DNA of 64,000 nt from a virus. The notes below the pieces were generated by a model. The model did not search any database. It had not been told where the DNA came from and saw only the letters and a list, made by a program, of their open reading frames with translations. This document shows positions 46,861-55,536 of the stretch, piece after piece. The translations under genes were made by a program, and so were the position numbers. The stretch spans positions 1-64,000 of the IMG/VR virus record IMGVR_UViG_3300045988_163643. One strand, given 5' to 3'. The first letter of the stretch is position 1; each line of letters opens with the position of its first letter.

Positions 46861-46898
46861 TTCTCCTTTCTAAATTATTAATTTGTTTATTTACTTAT

Positions 46899-46927
46899 AT
46901 TATACTATTCCTATTATCAAAAGTCAA
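46899..46927 (-). promoter_or_regulatory. consensus promoter cassette
   Basis: -35 TTGACT, 17 nt, -10 TATAAT. Confidence 0.65.
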
Positions 46928-46939
46928 CATTTTTTATTT

Positions 46940-48589
46940 TTAAAATTTATTAGCTTTCCATTCTTCCCTCAATTCTTTTAATAAGTCTTTAAATTCGTCT
47001 TCTTCATGATAATTATTAAAATCCATATCAAAATCTATTTCATTTTGTTCGTTTTGAACAACTTTTCTACCTAATATTTCGTTTTCAACTTCTCGCATAA
47101 TTTCTAATTTGTCTTTCTTAAATTTATTTGTTTTAATTTTATCTAAATTTTTATAATCATGATTTTGTATAAGAAAAACTATTTCACTTATATCGTCCAA
47201 TTTATATCCTAATCTTAATAACACTTCCATACTTAAATAAGCAGATATTTTACTATTACCTCTTAAATCATTGAAACATAATGGTTTTCCACAATCATGC
47301 AATGCAATTGCCATTAATGTATTTTTATTTTTAGTTAATTTAGCACCTTCTTTTAATGATTTATACAAATGATTATTTAAATAATAATTTCCATCTTTAT
47401 CTATATGTTCATCACTCATATGAAAACCTATATTATTTTTTAATCCTACTTTTTTTAATAATCTATTAAATTCTATAAAATCAATGTTAGTAAACTTATT
47501 ATCAATATTGTATGTAATTTCATTATTGGAATTATCTACATATCTTATCTCATCAAATCCTTCATTTATATCAGGCAAATTAAAAAATCTTAATTTTTTA
47601 TAAATATACTCATAATCTTTATTATAATTCACTATACAATCATCAAAATTTTTATATATAAACACACCAATTATTTTAGATGCTAAACAACCTAATTTAT
47701 CGATTAATGATTTTCTATTGTGCTTATTCATATTACACATATCAATTATCACGTTTTTACATTGCATTAAAAGTTCACTAGCTTCAGAAATCATAGTTTG
47801 AAATAAATTTTCTTCTTTAACTCCTTGTTTTCTTAATTTATTAGCAGATATAATAAATATAGAGTCAAATTCAACTTCTAATTGTTTACAATATAATGTT
47901 TTACCCGAATTAGGAAGTCCTGTTAATATAAATAATTGTCTTTTATTAGCATAAACATTAGATAACTTTTTTAACGCCTTTTGCTCTAATCTAGTAACGT
48001 GACTTCTATCTACACCTAATAAAGTAGCTACTTCTTGTTGAGTAGGAAAATTTTCTCCATATCTTAAATTTATAACTTTTTGTTCAGCGTTAGTTAATAC
48101 TTCTTTCATACTTTCACGTATTTCTTTATTTAGAAGATTATTTTCAGCAGATTCTTGAACATTTATTTTTTCATCAAAAAGACAATCTTCTATAACAACC
48201 GAGTCATCATCTTTTTTGGTTTCTATTGTGGTATTCATACTACACTCTTTATATTTAGCTCTTTTCACATAATTAGCAGTACGCAAAACCATTCTTAGTT
48301 CATTAGAAACACACGTTGCTAAATATGTACTCCAATTTGTATCTCCCAATATATCATATGTGTCTACAGCTTTTAACAACCCTATCATTCCAGTTTGTAT
48401 AAAATCTTCCCTATCTTGTTCATTCAATACAAATTTATTAACTATCTTAGATACTAATTTTGTATTATGTAAAATTATGTTATCCCTAATTTCTTTTGAC
48501 CCAGTTTCATTATATTCTTTTAACAAATCCATCATTTCATCTTTAGTTAAATTTTTATATTCAAACAAGTCTTTATTCAATTTAATCAT
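46940..48589 (-). CDS. sigma-70-family factor fused to a P-loop kinase + HD phosphohydrolase module
   Basis: Region 2 DREDFIQTGMIGLLKAVDTYD; region 4 TQQEVATLLGVDRSHVTRLEQKALKKL; then GLPNSGKT and ALHDCGKP...IQNHDY. Start placed at the Met after AAAGGGG. Confidence 0.75.
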   Translation of the reverse strand: MIKLNKDLFEYKNLTKDEMMDLLKEYNETGSKEIRDNIILHNTKLVSKIVNKFVLNEQDREDFIQTGMIGLLKAVDTYDILGDTNWSTYLATCVSNELRMVLRTANYVKRAKYKECSMNTTIETKKDDDSVVIEDCLFDEKINVQESAENNLLNKEIRESMKEVLTNAEQKVINLRYGENFPTQQEVATLLGVDRSHVTRLEQKALKKLSNVYANKRQLFILTGLPNSGKTLYCKQLEVEFDSIFIISANKLRKQGVKEENLFQTMISEASELLMQCKNVIIDMCNMNKHNRKSLIDKLGCLASKIIGVFIYKNFDDCIVNYNKDYEYIYKKLRFFNLPDINEGFDEIRYVDNSNNEITYNIDNKFTNIDFIEFNRLLKKVGLKNNIGFHMSDEHIDKDGNYYLNNHLYKSLKEGAKLTKNKNTLMAIALHDCGKPLCFNDLRGNSKISAYLSMEVLLRLGYKLDDISEIVFLIQNHDYKNLDKIKTNKFKKDKLEIMREVENEILGRKVVQNEQNEIDFDMDFNNYHEEDEFKDLLKELREEWKANKF

Positions 48590-48680
48590 CCCCTTTACAC
48601 TTATAACATATTTTTTTAATAAATAATTTAAGCATATTATAAATAGAATAGCAATTTTACTATTATTACTTCTATTACAA

Positions 48681-50288
48681 TTAATTTTCATAGAAAACTT
48701 TATATAATTTATATGTTTCTATTAAATCACGTTTACTAATTATTTCCATTGGACTATGCATGCCTAATGTAGACACTCCAGCATCCATTGTCTCCATACC
48801 TCTTATTCCAAAGAACATAGCAACCGTTCCCCCACCGCCTTCACTAACTTTAACTGTATCAACTTGATATTTCACATCATTATCAATACATAAATCTTTT
48901 ATATATTCTCTCATTTCTATACTTGCATCATTTCCTCTTTTTAATCCAGTAAATGGCACTAAGGCAACACCATTGCCACATACTGCTTTTGCACTATCTT
49001 CAAAATGACTACTATAATTACTATCAAATCCACCAGTTACATCTGCACTAATTACCTTTGTATTTCTCATAAATTCTCTAGCTAATAACATATTTCCATT
49101 TGCTAAAGTAAGGAATATATCATCTATAAATTGAGTTTCAGCACCACTCATTTGTCCACTTCCAGTTTCTTCATAAGCAGTAAATAAAGCTATCTTTGTT
49201 ATTTTATTAGGTTTACTAGTTAATATAGCTTCTAATTCAGCATAAGCACAACTCTTATCATCATGTCCATATCCCATTAATAAATCTTTATCTAATCCCA
49301 TTTCTAATGTTTTAAAATAAGGTACAAAACTTAAGTCAGCTAATTCAAAATTCTCTTTTGTTATTCCATATTCTTTTTCTAACATTTCAAATAGTTCTTC
49401 TTTATTTCCATTACTCATTCTTACTAATAATTTATCATAAGATAAGTCTTTCACTTCTTTTCTACCTTTTAGGTGAGGTAATAAACTAGTTATAGAAAAT
49501 AAATGTCCTTTTTCTCCAGTATTTATATATTTTATTTCATCATCTACTTTTATTTTCCCAACCATTACAAATGGTCTATCTAACCATAATTGTGGTATTA
49601 TTCCACCATATGGTTGTGTTTTTATAAAAGTACCATCATCATTAGATACAATTGGATTACCTACTATAACATCTAATCTAGGACTATCAATATGACTTAC
49701 TATTAAATTAGCACCTTTTGATATGTCCTCGCCTATTTCTATTAAAGCTATCAATTTATCTCTAAATTCAAATATAACCTTATCTCCTACATTAAAGTAT
49801 TTTGAATGATTATAAGATTTATATCCTACATCTTCTGCTTTATCCTTTATATATTTTAATACTTGTGTTTCATGCAATCCTTCTTCTAATAAATATTTAT
49901 ATTCATCTATAAAATTATCTTCTTCATTATTATCTTGTGTTTTATACAATATTTTTCCTAATAAATATTTTACTTCTTCATCAATTATTTCTTTTAAGGT
50001 ATCATATTTTATATCAGGTGAACATTTTGAATATACAACATTATCTCTAAATATTATTTTTGTTCTTGATTCTTTAGCTACAATAGTACGAGTGTTTAAG
50101 TCATAAATCTTTTTCCATTGAGTTGGTAATTCTTTTCCATTCACCCAATGATAACCTAATTCTTCTAATGATATTAACACTTGTTCAATAATTTCTTTAT
50201 CATTGTTGACTTCAATTATAATTTGTTTATCATTTTTTTCACTTAATTCTTCTATTAAATTTGTTAGTCTTTTTATACTCATATTCAT
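48681..50288 (-). CDS. M18-family (aspartyl-type) aminopeptidase with ~130-aa N-terminal extension
   Basis: SHIDSPRLD, GYGHDDKSC, YEETGSG, GGGGTVA, GMHSPMEI. Confidence 0.7.
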   Translation of the reverse strand: MNMSIKRLTNLIEELSEKNDKQIIIEVNNDKEIIEQVLISLEELGYHWVNGKELPTQWKKIYDLNTRTIVAKESRTKIIFRDNVVYSKCSPDIKYDTLKEIIDEEVKYLLGKILYKTQDNNEEDNFIDEYKYLLEEGLHETQVLKYIKDKAEDVGYKSYNHSKYFNVGDKVIFEFRDKLIALIEIGEDISKGANLIVSHIDSPRLDVIVGNPIVSNDDGTFIKTQPYGGIIPQLWLDRPFVMVGKIKVDDEIKYINTGEKGHLFSITSLLPHLKGRKEVKDLSYDKLLVRMSNGNKEELFEMLEKEYGITKENFELADLSFVPYFKTLEMGLDKDLLMGYGHDDKSCAYAELEAILTSKPNKITKIALFTAYEETGSGQMSGAETQFIDDIFLTLANGNMLLAREFMRNTKVISADVTGGFDSNYSSHFEDSAKAVCGNGVALVPFTGLKRGNDASIEMREYIKDLCIDNDVKYQVDTVKVSEGGGGTVAMFFGIRGMETMDAGVSTLGMHSPMEIISKRDLIETYKLYKVFYEN

Positions 50289-50315
50289 CTCTCCTTTATT
50301 AACTTATTTACTTAT

Positions 50316-50344
50316 ATTATACTATTATTCTTATTAAAAGTCAA
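50316..50344 (-). promoter_or_regulatory. consensus promoter cassette
   Basis: -35 TTGACT, 17 nt, -10 TATAAT. Confidence 0.65.
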
Positions 50345-50356
50345 TAATTATTTAAT

Positions 50357-50430
50357 AAAAAAATAGAAGTAGTAATTTTATAACTACTACTTCTACTGCG
50401 ATAATTATTATCTAAATAATTCACTTACAC
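50357..50430 (-). repeat. copy A of a ~70-nt module (3' end of the small-peptide gene + terminator)
   Basis: About 90% identical by eye to 51352-51425. Confidence 0.7.
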
Positions 50431-50497
50431 TAACTACAAACATAAAAATTGCACCTACTGTCAAAATACTTATTAGTAATACACCAAATACACTAAT
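50408..50497 (-). CDS. 29-aa hydrophobic peptide, apparent ATT start (or decayed copy)
   Basis: GGAGATGATATT-ATT aligns with GGAGATGATAAT-ATG of the 43312-43404 paralog; ...FGVLLISILTVGAIFMFVVSVSELFR. Confidence 0.3.
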   Translation of the reverse strand: MSVFGVLLISILTVGAIFMFVVSVSELFR

Positions 50498-50509
50498 AAT
50501 ATCATCTCC

Positions 50510-50605
50510 TTACAAAAATATTCTAATTAATTTAAATAACGACAATACACTTATAACTACTAAAATTATGTATTTTACTATCATCAACCGATACGAGTCT
50601 TCCAA
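50510..50605 (-). CDS. 31-aa hydrophobic peptide (TTG start)
   Basis: AAGGAG + 8 nt + TTG; ...YIILVVISVLSLFKLIRIFL. Confidence 0.3.
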   Translation of the reverse strand: MEDSYRLMIVKYIILVVISVLSLFKLIRIFL

Positions 50606-50619
50606 ATTTATCATCTCCT

Positions 50620-51282
50620 TTAATAATTTATAGCATTTTGTTTATTCATAAAGAAGTGTATCCCACTTGCACATTCATACCATCTGTTTTCATCAAAATT
50701 ATCTACTTTTACTATTTCTCCAACTTTATATATAAAATTAATATCATAATCACTAGGAGTACTTTCTATTTTTTCACCTGTATCTATTTTTTCTATGTCT
50801 AATACTTTAGCTTTATCACATCTACACTTAAGAGTTGTAGCACTACTTCTTTTGCTATCTTCTAATATTAATAATTTAACGATATACTTTCCAGCTTTTT
50901 TATATCCTATGAAACTACCTTCTTCAGGACAAGCTAAATTATATCCTATAGTATACATATTTGTTTTAATATTAGTTAAATTTGCATTATTTAAATTAGA
51001 ACTATATAAATTAGTACCATTTAAATTAGCACCACTTAAATTAGCATTATATAAACTAGCACCACTTAAATTAGCACTATTTAAATTAGCATATTTTAAA
51101 TCAGCGTATCTTAAATCAGCACTATATAAATCAGCACATCTTAAATCAATATTATTTAAATTAGCATATCTTAAATCAACACCTTTTAAATTAGCACCTC
51201 TTAAATCAGCACATTCTCCACCTTCACCATTTAACCATAATTCATGATTCTTTAATATTTTATCTAATTTTTCTCTTTCCAT
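50620..51282 (-). CDS. pentapeptide-repeat protein with globular C-terminal domain
   Basis: About 17 consecutive A(D/N)Lxx pentapeptides (ADLRGANLKGVDLRYANLNN...). Confidence 0.8.
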   Translation of the reverse strand: MEREKLDKILKNHELWLNGEGGECADLRGANLKGVDLRYANLNNIDLRCADLYSADLRYADLKYANLNSANLSGASLYNANLSGANLNGTNLYSSNLNNANLTNIKTNMYTIGYNLACPEEGSFIGYKKAGKYIVKLLILEDSKRSSATTLKCRCDKAKVLDIEKIDTGEKIESTPSDYDINFIYKVGEIVKVDNFDENRWYECASGIHFFMNKQNAINY

Positions 51283-51312
51283 TTAACACCTCTCCTTTAT
51301 TAATTTACTTAT

Positions 51313-51341
51313 ATTATACTATTTCTATTATTAAAAGTCAA
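51313..51341 (-). promoter_or_regulatory. consensus promoter cassette
   Basis: -35 TTGACT, 17 nt, -10 TATAAT. Confidence 0.65.
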
Positions 51342-51351
51342 TAGATAAAAT

Positions 51352-51425
51352 AAAAAATAGAAGTAGTAATTTTATGACTACTACTTCTACTAGAACTACT
51401 ATTATCTAAATAATTCACTTATATT
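51352..51425 (-). repeat. copy B of the module; keeps only a remnant ...NISELFR* of the peptide gene
   Basis: AAAAAATAGAAGTAGTAATTTTAT.ACTACTACTTCTACT...ATTATCTAAATAATTCACTTA shared with copy A. Confidence 0.7.
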
Positions 51426-51469
51426 GATAAATATCTAGTAAAGAAAGTAAATTTATATAGATAATACAA

Positions 51470-52381
51470 TTAATGTTTAACATTTATATAATCTAAAACT
51501 TCATTTAATCCTAAGTGTTCCATACAATATTTATACAATTTAGGATGAGTTTGACTTAATCTCTGAAATCTATTAGGCTCTTTTTCTAAATGGCATCCAA
51601 ATCCACAGAATATACAACCTGTTCTTTTCTCACCAGTAGTTCTCAACATTCCATCTTCACCTTTAATTATGTCTCCATAAACACTCGCTATTTCTAAATT
51701 ATTTTCAACTATATACTGAAGTATATCTTGTTCAGTCCAAAATCCCATTGGCTGACTTCTACCTGTATTAAAAGCATTGCATCCTGTCATAAGATATGCA
51801 GATTCTCTTTGTTGTCCTTCTTCTGCCATAGTTGCTATGAAAGGTACTTTTCCACTTTTCTTTTCATATTTTTTAAATGGTTTTTTCTTTAATTCATTGC
51901 AACATTCATCAGAAATTTTAAATGGAGCATCTAATAAAAATTCCCATTTTCCCTTATTAAACCTAGACCCCTTTTCTAATCCTCGTATTTGTCTTACTCT
52001 TAATGTGTTTTTTCCTTCTTTTATATTTTTTCTAGCCAATCTAACACAGTTTGCAACTGACTTACTTATAATTGGATATCCTTTTTCTTCTACAACTTGT
52101 TTAAATGTTTTTTCAGGTTTAATTATTGTTACATTTTCTTTTGTTTTAACAAATTCTCTTATTTCAGGAAATTCTAATCCAGTATCACTAAATACTGCTT
52201 CAACATCAGGATACATTTCTCTTACTATATGTAAAAGAACTGTACTATCTTTTCCACCACTAAAACTTATATACACCTCTCCATTATAATGTTCATACCA
52301 TTCCCTTATGCGTAATTTTGTTTTTTCGACTTTCATCCATAATGGATACGCTTGTAACATTCTTAATTCATCCTTGGTCAT
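51470..52381 (-). CDS. PAPS-reductase-family PP-loop protein (DndC/phage PAPS-reductase-like)
   Basis: SFSGGKDST PP-loop; C-terminal TGCIFCGFGCH cluster. Confidence 0.7.
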   Translation of the reverse strand: MTKDELRMLQAYPLWMKVEKTKLRIREWYEHYNGEVYISFSGGKDSTVLLHIVREMYPDVEAVFSDTGLEFPEIREFVKTKENVTIIKPEKTFKQVVEEKGYPIISKSVANCVRLARKNIKEGKNTLRVRQIRGLEKGSRFNKGKWEFLLDAPFKISDECCNELKKKPFKKYEKKSGKVPFIATMAEEGQQRESAYLMTGCNAFNTGRSQPMGFWTEQDILQYIVENNLEIASVYGDIIKGEDGMLRTTGEKRTGCIFCGFGCHLEKEPNRFQRLSQTHPKLYKYCMEHLGLNEVLDYINVKH

Positions 52382-52454
52382 GACATTATCCCTCCTAAAA
52401 TTTTATTTTCTATTATATATTTTATGTGAAAATTTTAATATATTTTATCTAAAA

Positions 52455-52486
52455 ATCTTAAGAAGAAAAATTGTTCTTCCTAAGAT
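52455..52486 (-). terminator. intrinsic terminator hairpin
   Basis: ATCTTAAGAAG/CTTCCTAAGAT (1 mismatch) plus T-run. Confidence 0.55.
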
Positions 52487-52497
52487 TTTTTATTATT

Positions 52498-53556
52498 TTA
52501 TTTATTTTCTTTTATTAAGTCTTTCATTTCTTCTATACATAATTCTAATGCTTCGGCATTATCTTGTATTGCTTCATCTAATGTTCTTTGTATTCCTTCT
52601 GAATCTGTACCTAATGCTTTATTCATAATCAATATAGCTTTATCTCTTAATCCTAATTCAGCACATTCTCCACCTAATTTAATTACATCTTCTTTTATTT
52701 CATCTATATCTCTATATCTTTCTGTAAATTCTCCTATTGTAGCTTGTTTTCTTTCTGTTGTTACGTTATCTTCACCAAAACCTTTTATTGCTTTTTCTAC
52801 CTCTGCCCATACTTTCTTAGCACTATCTTTTTCATTTTCTTCTAATTCTATTTCTAATGGCATTCTTACATATTTATTAGTTTTATTCTTACCAAAACAA
52901 GTTTTACATTCATCGGTTATTAAAAATCTATGAACATTTCCTTCATCATCATATCTTTTATCTATAAACCAAACATAATCCATTTCTTTTTTCAATATAT
53001 CTAAAATTCTTTTATTAGATTGTGGTTCATATCTTAAATAACTATGTCCTTTGTTATCAGTTAATTCTTCTACAGTAGCATGACAAGTCCATACAATATT
53101 CCAACCAGCAGATTTTATAGGGTCAAATATTTCATCAAAGTATCTAGTTACTAAAGAATAACCAGCATTCCATTTTTTTACTTCATCCATAAATTGTTTC
53201 CCTGCTCTTGATAATATATATGATTCTATATATGAACCAACTTTAGTAGCAGTATCGACAATTAATGTTGAAAATCCTAATTCTTCAATACTTCCTGGGT
53301 CAGATAAAACTTTTGACATTTCTTTTAAACTTTTAAATGATGCAATTTCTATTTCATTTGCACAAAGACAAGCTTTTGCACCATATTCAGTAGCTAACAT
53401 TAAATGTTTTCCTTCAAACATACCACTAACTAATGATGTTTTTCCACCATCAGGTAAAGAATAAACCAAATAAGAATAAGAACGTGGGTCTATACTTACC
53501 TTTTTCTCTTTATTTTCTTGAGTTCTTTTTTTAATATCATTTAGATTTAATGCCAT
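52498..53556 (-). CDS. Sak4-like RecA-fold ATPase (AAA_24 type)
   Basis: Walker A LPDGGKTS, Walker B LIVDTATK. Confidence 0.6.
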   Translation of the reverse strand: MALNLNDIKKRTQENKEKKVSIDPRSYSYLVYSLPDGGKTSLVSGMFEGKHLMLATEYGAKACLCANEIEIASFKSLKEMSKVLSDPGSIEELGFSTLIVDTATKVGSYIESYILSRAGKQFMDEVKKWNAGYSLVTRYFDEIFDPIKSAGWNIVWTCHATVEELTDNKGHSYLRYEPQSNKRILDILKKEMDYVWFIDKRYDDEGNVHRFLITDECKTCFGKNKTNKYVRMPLEIELEENEKDSAKKVWAEVEKAIKGFGEDNVTTERKQATIGEFTERYRDIDEIKEDVIKLGGECAELGLRDKAILIMNKALGTDSEGIQRTLDEAIQDNAEALELCIEEMKDLIKENK

Positions 53557-53593
53557 ATATCATCTCTCCTTTTTATTTATCTTATTTACTTAT

Positions 53594-53622
53594 ATTATAC
53601 CACTACTCTTATTAAAAGTCAA
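53594..53622 (-). promoter_or_regulatory. consensus promoter cassette
   Basis: -35 TTGACT, 17 nt, -10 TATAAT. Confidence 0.65.
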
Positions 53623-53639
53623 TATTTATTTTAAAAATT

Positions 53640-54116
53640 TTATAATTCAAACATGATTTCTAATTCTAACATCTTCTTTATTCGTAAAAGATAACCTAAC
53701 GCATAGTCGCCCATATTAACTTCTCTCAAATTATCTTTTTCATTTTTCACATATTCTCTTAGATTATACATATTAATATAATATAACTTATCTACTTCAG
53801 ATAAGTAATAAAACATTACATCACATTTTGTCTTCTCAAAACAACCTTTTGTACCATAATGCTTATTACTCATGTATTCATATACTATATTCTTAGAGAG
53901 ATGTGCTTGAGTATCAGTTTTCACTTCTATCTTTAACAAATCTCCATTTTTACAAATTAATATAAAATCGACATCGTTATCTCTCCAAAATTTATCATCT
54001 CTGACGTCTATTATATCTTGTGTAAAATTTTCCTTTTGTAAATATTCTATTGTTTTTATCTCTCCTATTTCACCAGTTTTAAGGTCTATTAAAAATTTAT
54101 CGTTATTATTCCCCAT
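53640..54116 (-). CDS. PD-(D/E)XK nuclease-like protein
   Basis: DVDFILI...LLKIEVKTD core; start at the Met after GGAGAGG. Confidence 0.5.
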   Translation of the reverse strand: MGNNNDKFLIDLKTGEIGEIKTIEYLQKENFTQDIIDVRDDKFWRDNDVDFILICKNGDLLKIEVKTDTQAHLSKNIVYEYMSNKHYGTKGCFEKTKCDVMFYYLSEVDKLYYINMYNLREYVKNEKDNLREVNMGDYALGYLLRIKKMLELEIMFEL

Positions 54117-54200
54117 AATTCCTCTCCAATACTTTATAAAAATAGAGATAGGAATCAATCAGCTATCTCTATTTTTATTTTATATTATACTATTTTTATA

Positions 54201-55208
54201 TTAGAATGGTAAATCTGTTGAAGCTTTTTTACCAAATCCTTTATGTGCAGTAAAATCTTTTGGTTGGTCTTGTTTAAGTTCTTCTAATTTTTTTTCATAT
54301 TCTTCTACACCTTTACTATATAATTCTAAGTTAAATGCATTGTCTCCCTCATATTCTTCTTCTTCAAGTGGGAAACCACCTATTGCTCTTATTTCTCTTA
54401 CAACTTTTGTAGAAGGTGTAAATTCAACTTTTTTACCAAATCCTCTTTTACTAGTTGGTGTTTCTTCTTCAACTGCAACTACTTTTACTGTTGGTACTAT
54501 TGAAGTTGATACAACTACATTTTCTTCAAATTCACTTTCTACGAAATCTTTAGCACCTTCAAATTCTTCATCACTACCAAAATCTTCTTTTTTCATTACT
54601 ATTTCAAATTTATCAACTGCTACACTTTCTTCTCTGTCACCCCATGCATTTCTATATTCAGGAACTGTTAATTCAAATTTTAGATATTCTCCATCGCTAT
54701 CTTCTAATACAACTGGAACTTTACTTACTACACCTATTAATTCACCTTCTAAATAAGGTTCTTTAGCATCTGTTTCTTTTGCTCTATTTACAAAGTTTAC
54801 AGATAATCTAAAGTTTGAATTTAATTGACCATCTCTCATATAATGATTCATTGAAATTTTAATACCTTTATTAGCATATACAAAGTCACATTCTTCTAAA
54901 CTACCTACTGTTGTTGCTACATCTATTTCAGGTTTTGCATCACTATTCATTCTTTTATTTGTTATTGTACTATCCAAAGATTTATATTCATCTTTTATAG
55001 TTTTTAAAGCTTGATAAGATTTATTTGCACTACCTGTTGATGTAAATTCATTTGCAAATATAGTTAAGTCAACTTCTTGATTTTCAGCAACTCTTAATTT
55101 TAATTGTCCCATCATCCAATTTTTCTTAGTTTCTCTGTTTACGCCTAACATTATATTTTTACTTATTAAATAACCACCACATTTTATTCTATTACATTCT
55201 AAAGCCAT
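54201..55208 (-). CDS. single-stranded DNA-binding-like protein with acidic tail
   Basis: Acidic C-terminal third ending in DLPF (as in the SSB tip DDDIPF); repeated GFGKK; sits in a recombination module. Confidence 0.5.
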   Translation of the reverse strand: MALECNRIKCGGYLISKNIMLGVNRETKKNWMMGQLKLRVAENQEVDLTIFANEFTSTGSANKSYQALKTIKDEYKSLDSTITNKRMNSDAKPEIDVATTVGSLEECDFVYANKGIKISMNHYMRDGQLNSNFRLSVNFVNRAKETDAKEPYLEGELIGVVSKVPVVLEDSDGEYLKFELTVPEYRNAWGDREESVAVDKFEIVMKKEDFGSDEEFEGAKDFVESEFEENVVVSTSIVPTVKVVAVEEETPTSKRGFGKKVEFTPSTKVVREIRAIGGFPLEEEEYEGDNAFNLELYSKGVEEYEKKLEELKQDQPKDFTAHKGFGKKASTDLPF

Positions 55209-55254
55209 TATACATCTCTCCTTTTTATTTTTATTTATTTATTATTTTACTTAT

Positions 55255-55283
55255 ATTATACTATTAATCTTATTAAAAGTCAA
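55255..55283 (-). promoter_or_regulatory. consensus promoter cassette
   Basis: -35 TTGACT, 17 nt, -10 TATAAT. Confidence 0.65.
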
Positions 55284-55287
55284 TACT

Positions 55288-55533
55288 TTAATAAAAAATC
55301 ATTTTAGAAAAAAAACTATTAATCATTTCTTCATCTATAAATTCTATTAGCTTATTCTTATCATCCTTATAAGTATGTATTTTCATTACTTTTTCATTAT
55401 TTTCGTCATATCCTAATGTTACTACATAGCTATTCTTACCATTATATCCTATTTTTACTACATTCTTACTTCTTATTGGTATAAATTTACCATCATATAT
55501 AGTTATTGCTCTAGGTTCTCTCACATACATCAA
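55288..55533 (-). CDS. hypothetical protein
   Basis: 81-aa ORF. Confidence 0.5.
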   Translation of the reverse strand: MMYVREPRAITIYDGKFIPIRSKNVVKIGYNGKNSYVVTLGYDENNEKVMKIHTYKDDKNKLIEFIDEEMINSFFSKMIFY

Positions 55534-55536
55534 CTC

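Noticed and set aside
50795-51247. 150-aa plus-strand ORF (and similar plus-strand ORFs at 691-876, 32883-33290, 51777-52289, 54340-54756, 56940-57542, 60823-61185 and others)
   Set aside because: All lie antisense to well-supported minus-strand genes, have low-complexity Leu/Ser/Phe/Ile-rich translations and have no RBS or promoter. They are typical shadow ORFs of AT-rich or repeat-coding sequence.
54184-54212. Promoter cassette overlapping the end of the SSB-like gene
   Set aside because: It has the TATAAT + leader half, but the -35 position reads TTACCA and lies inside the coding sequence. Too weak to call as a feature; mentioned only in the recombination-module finding.
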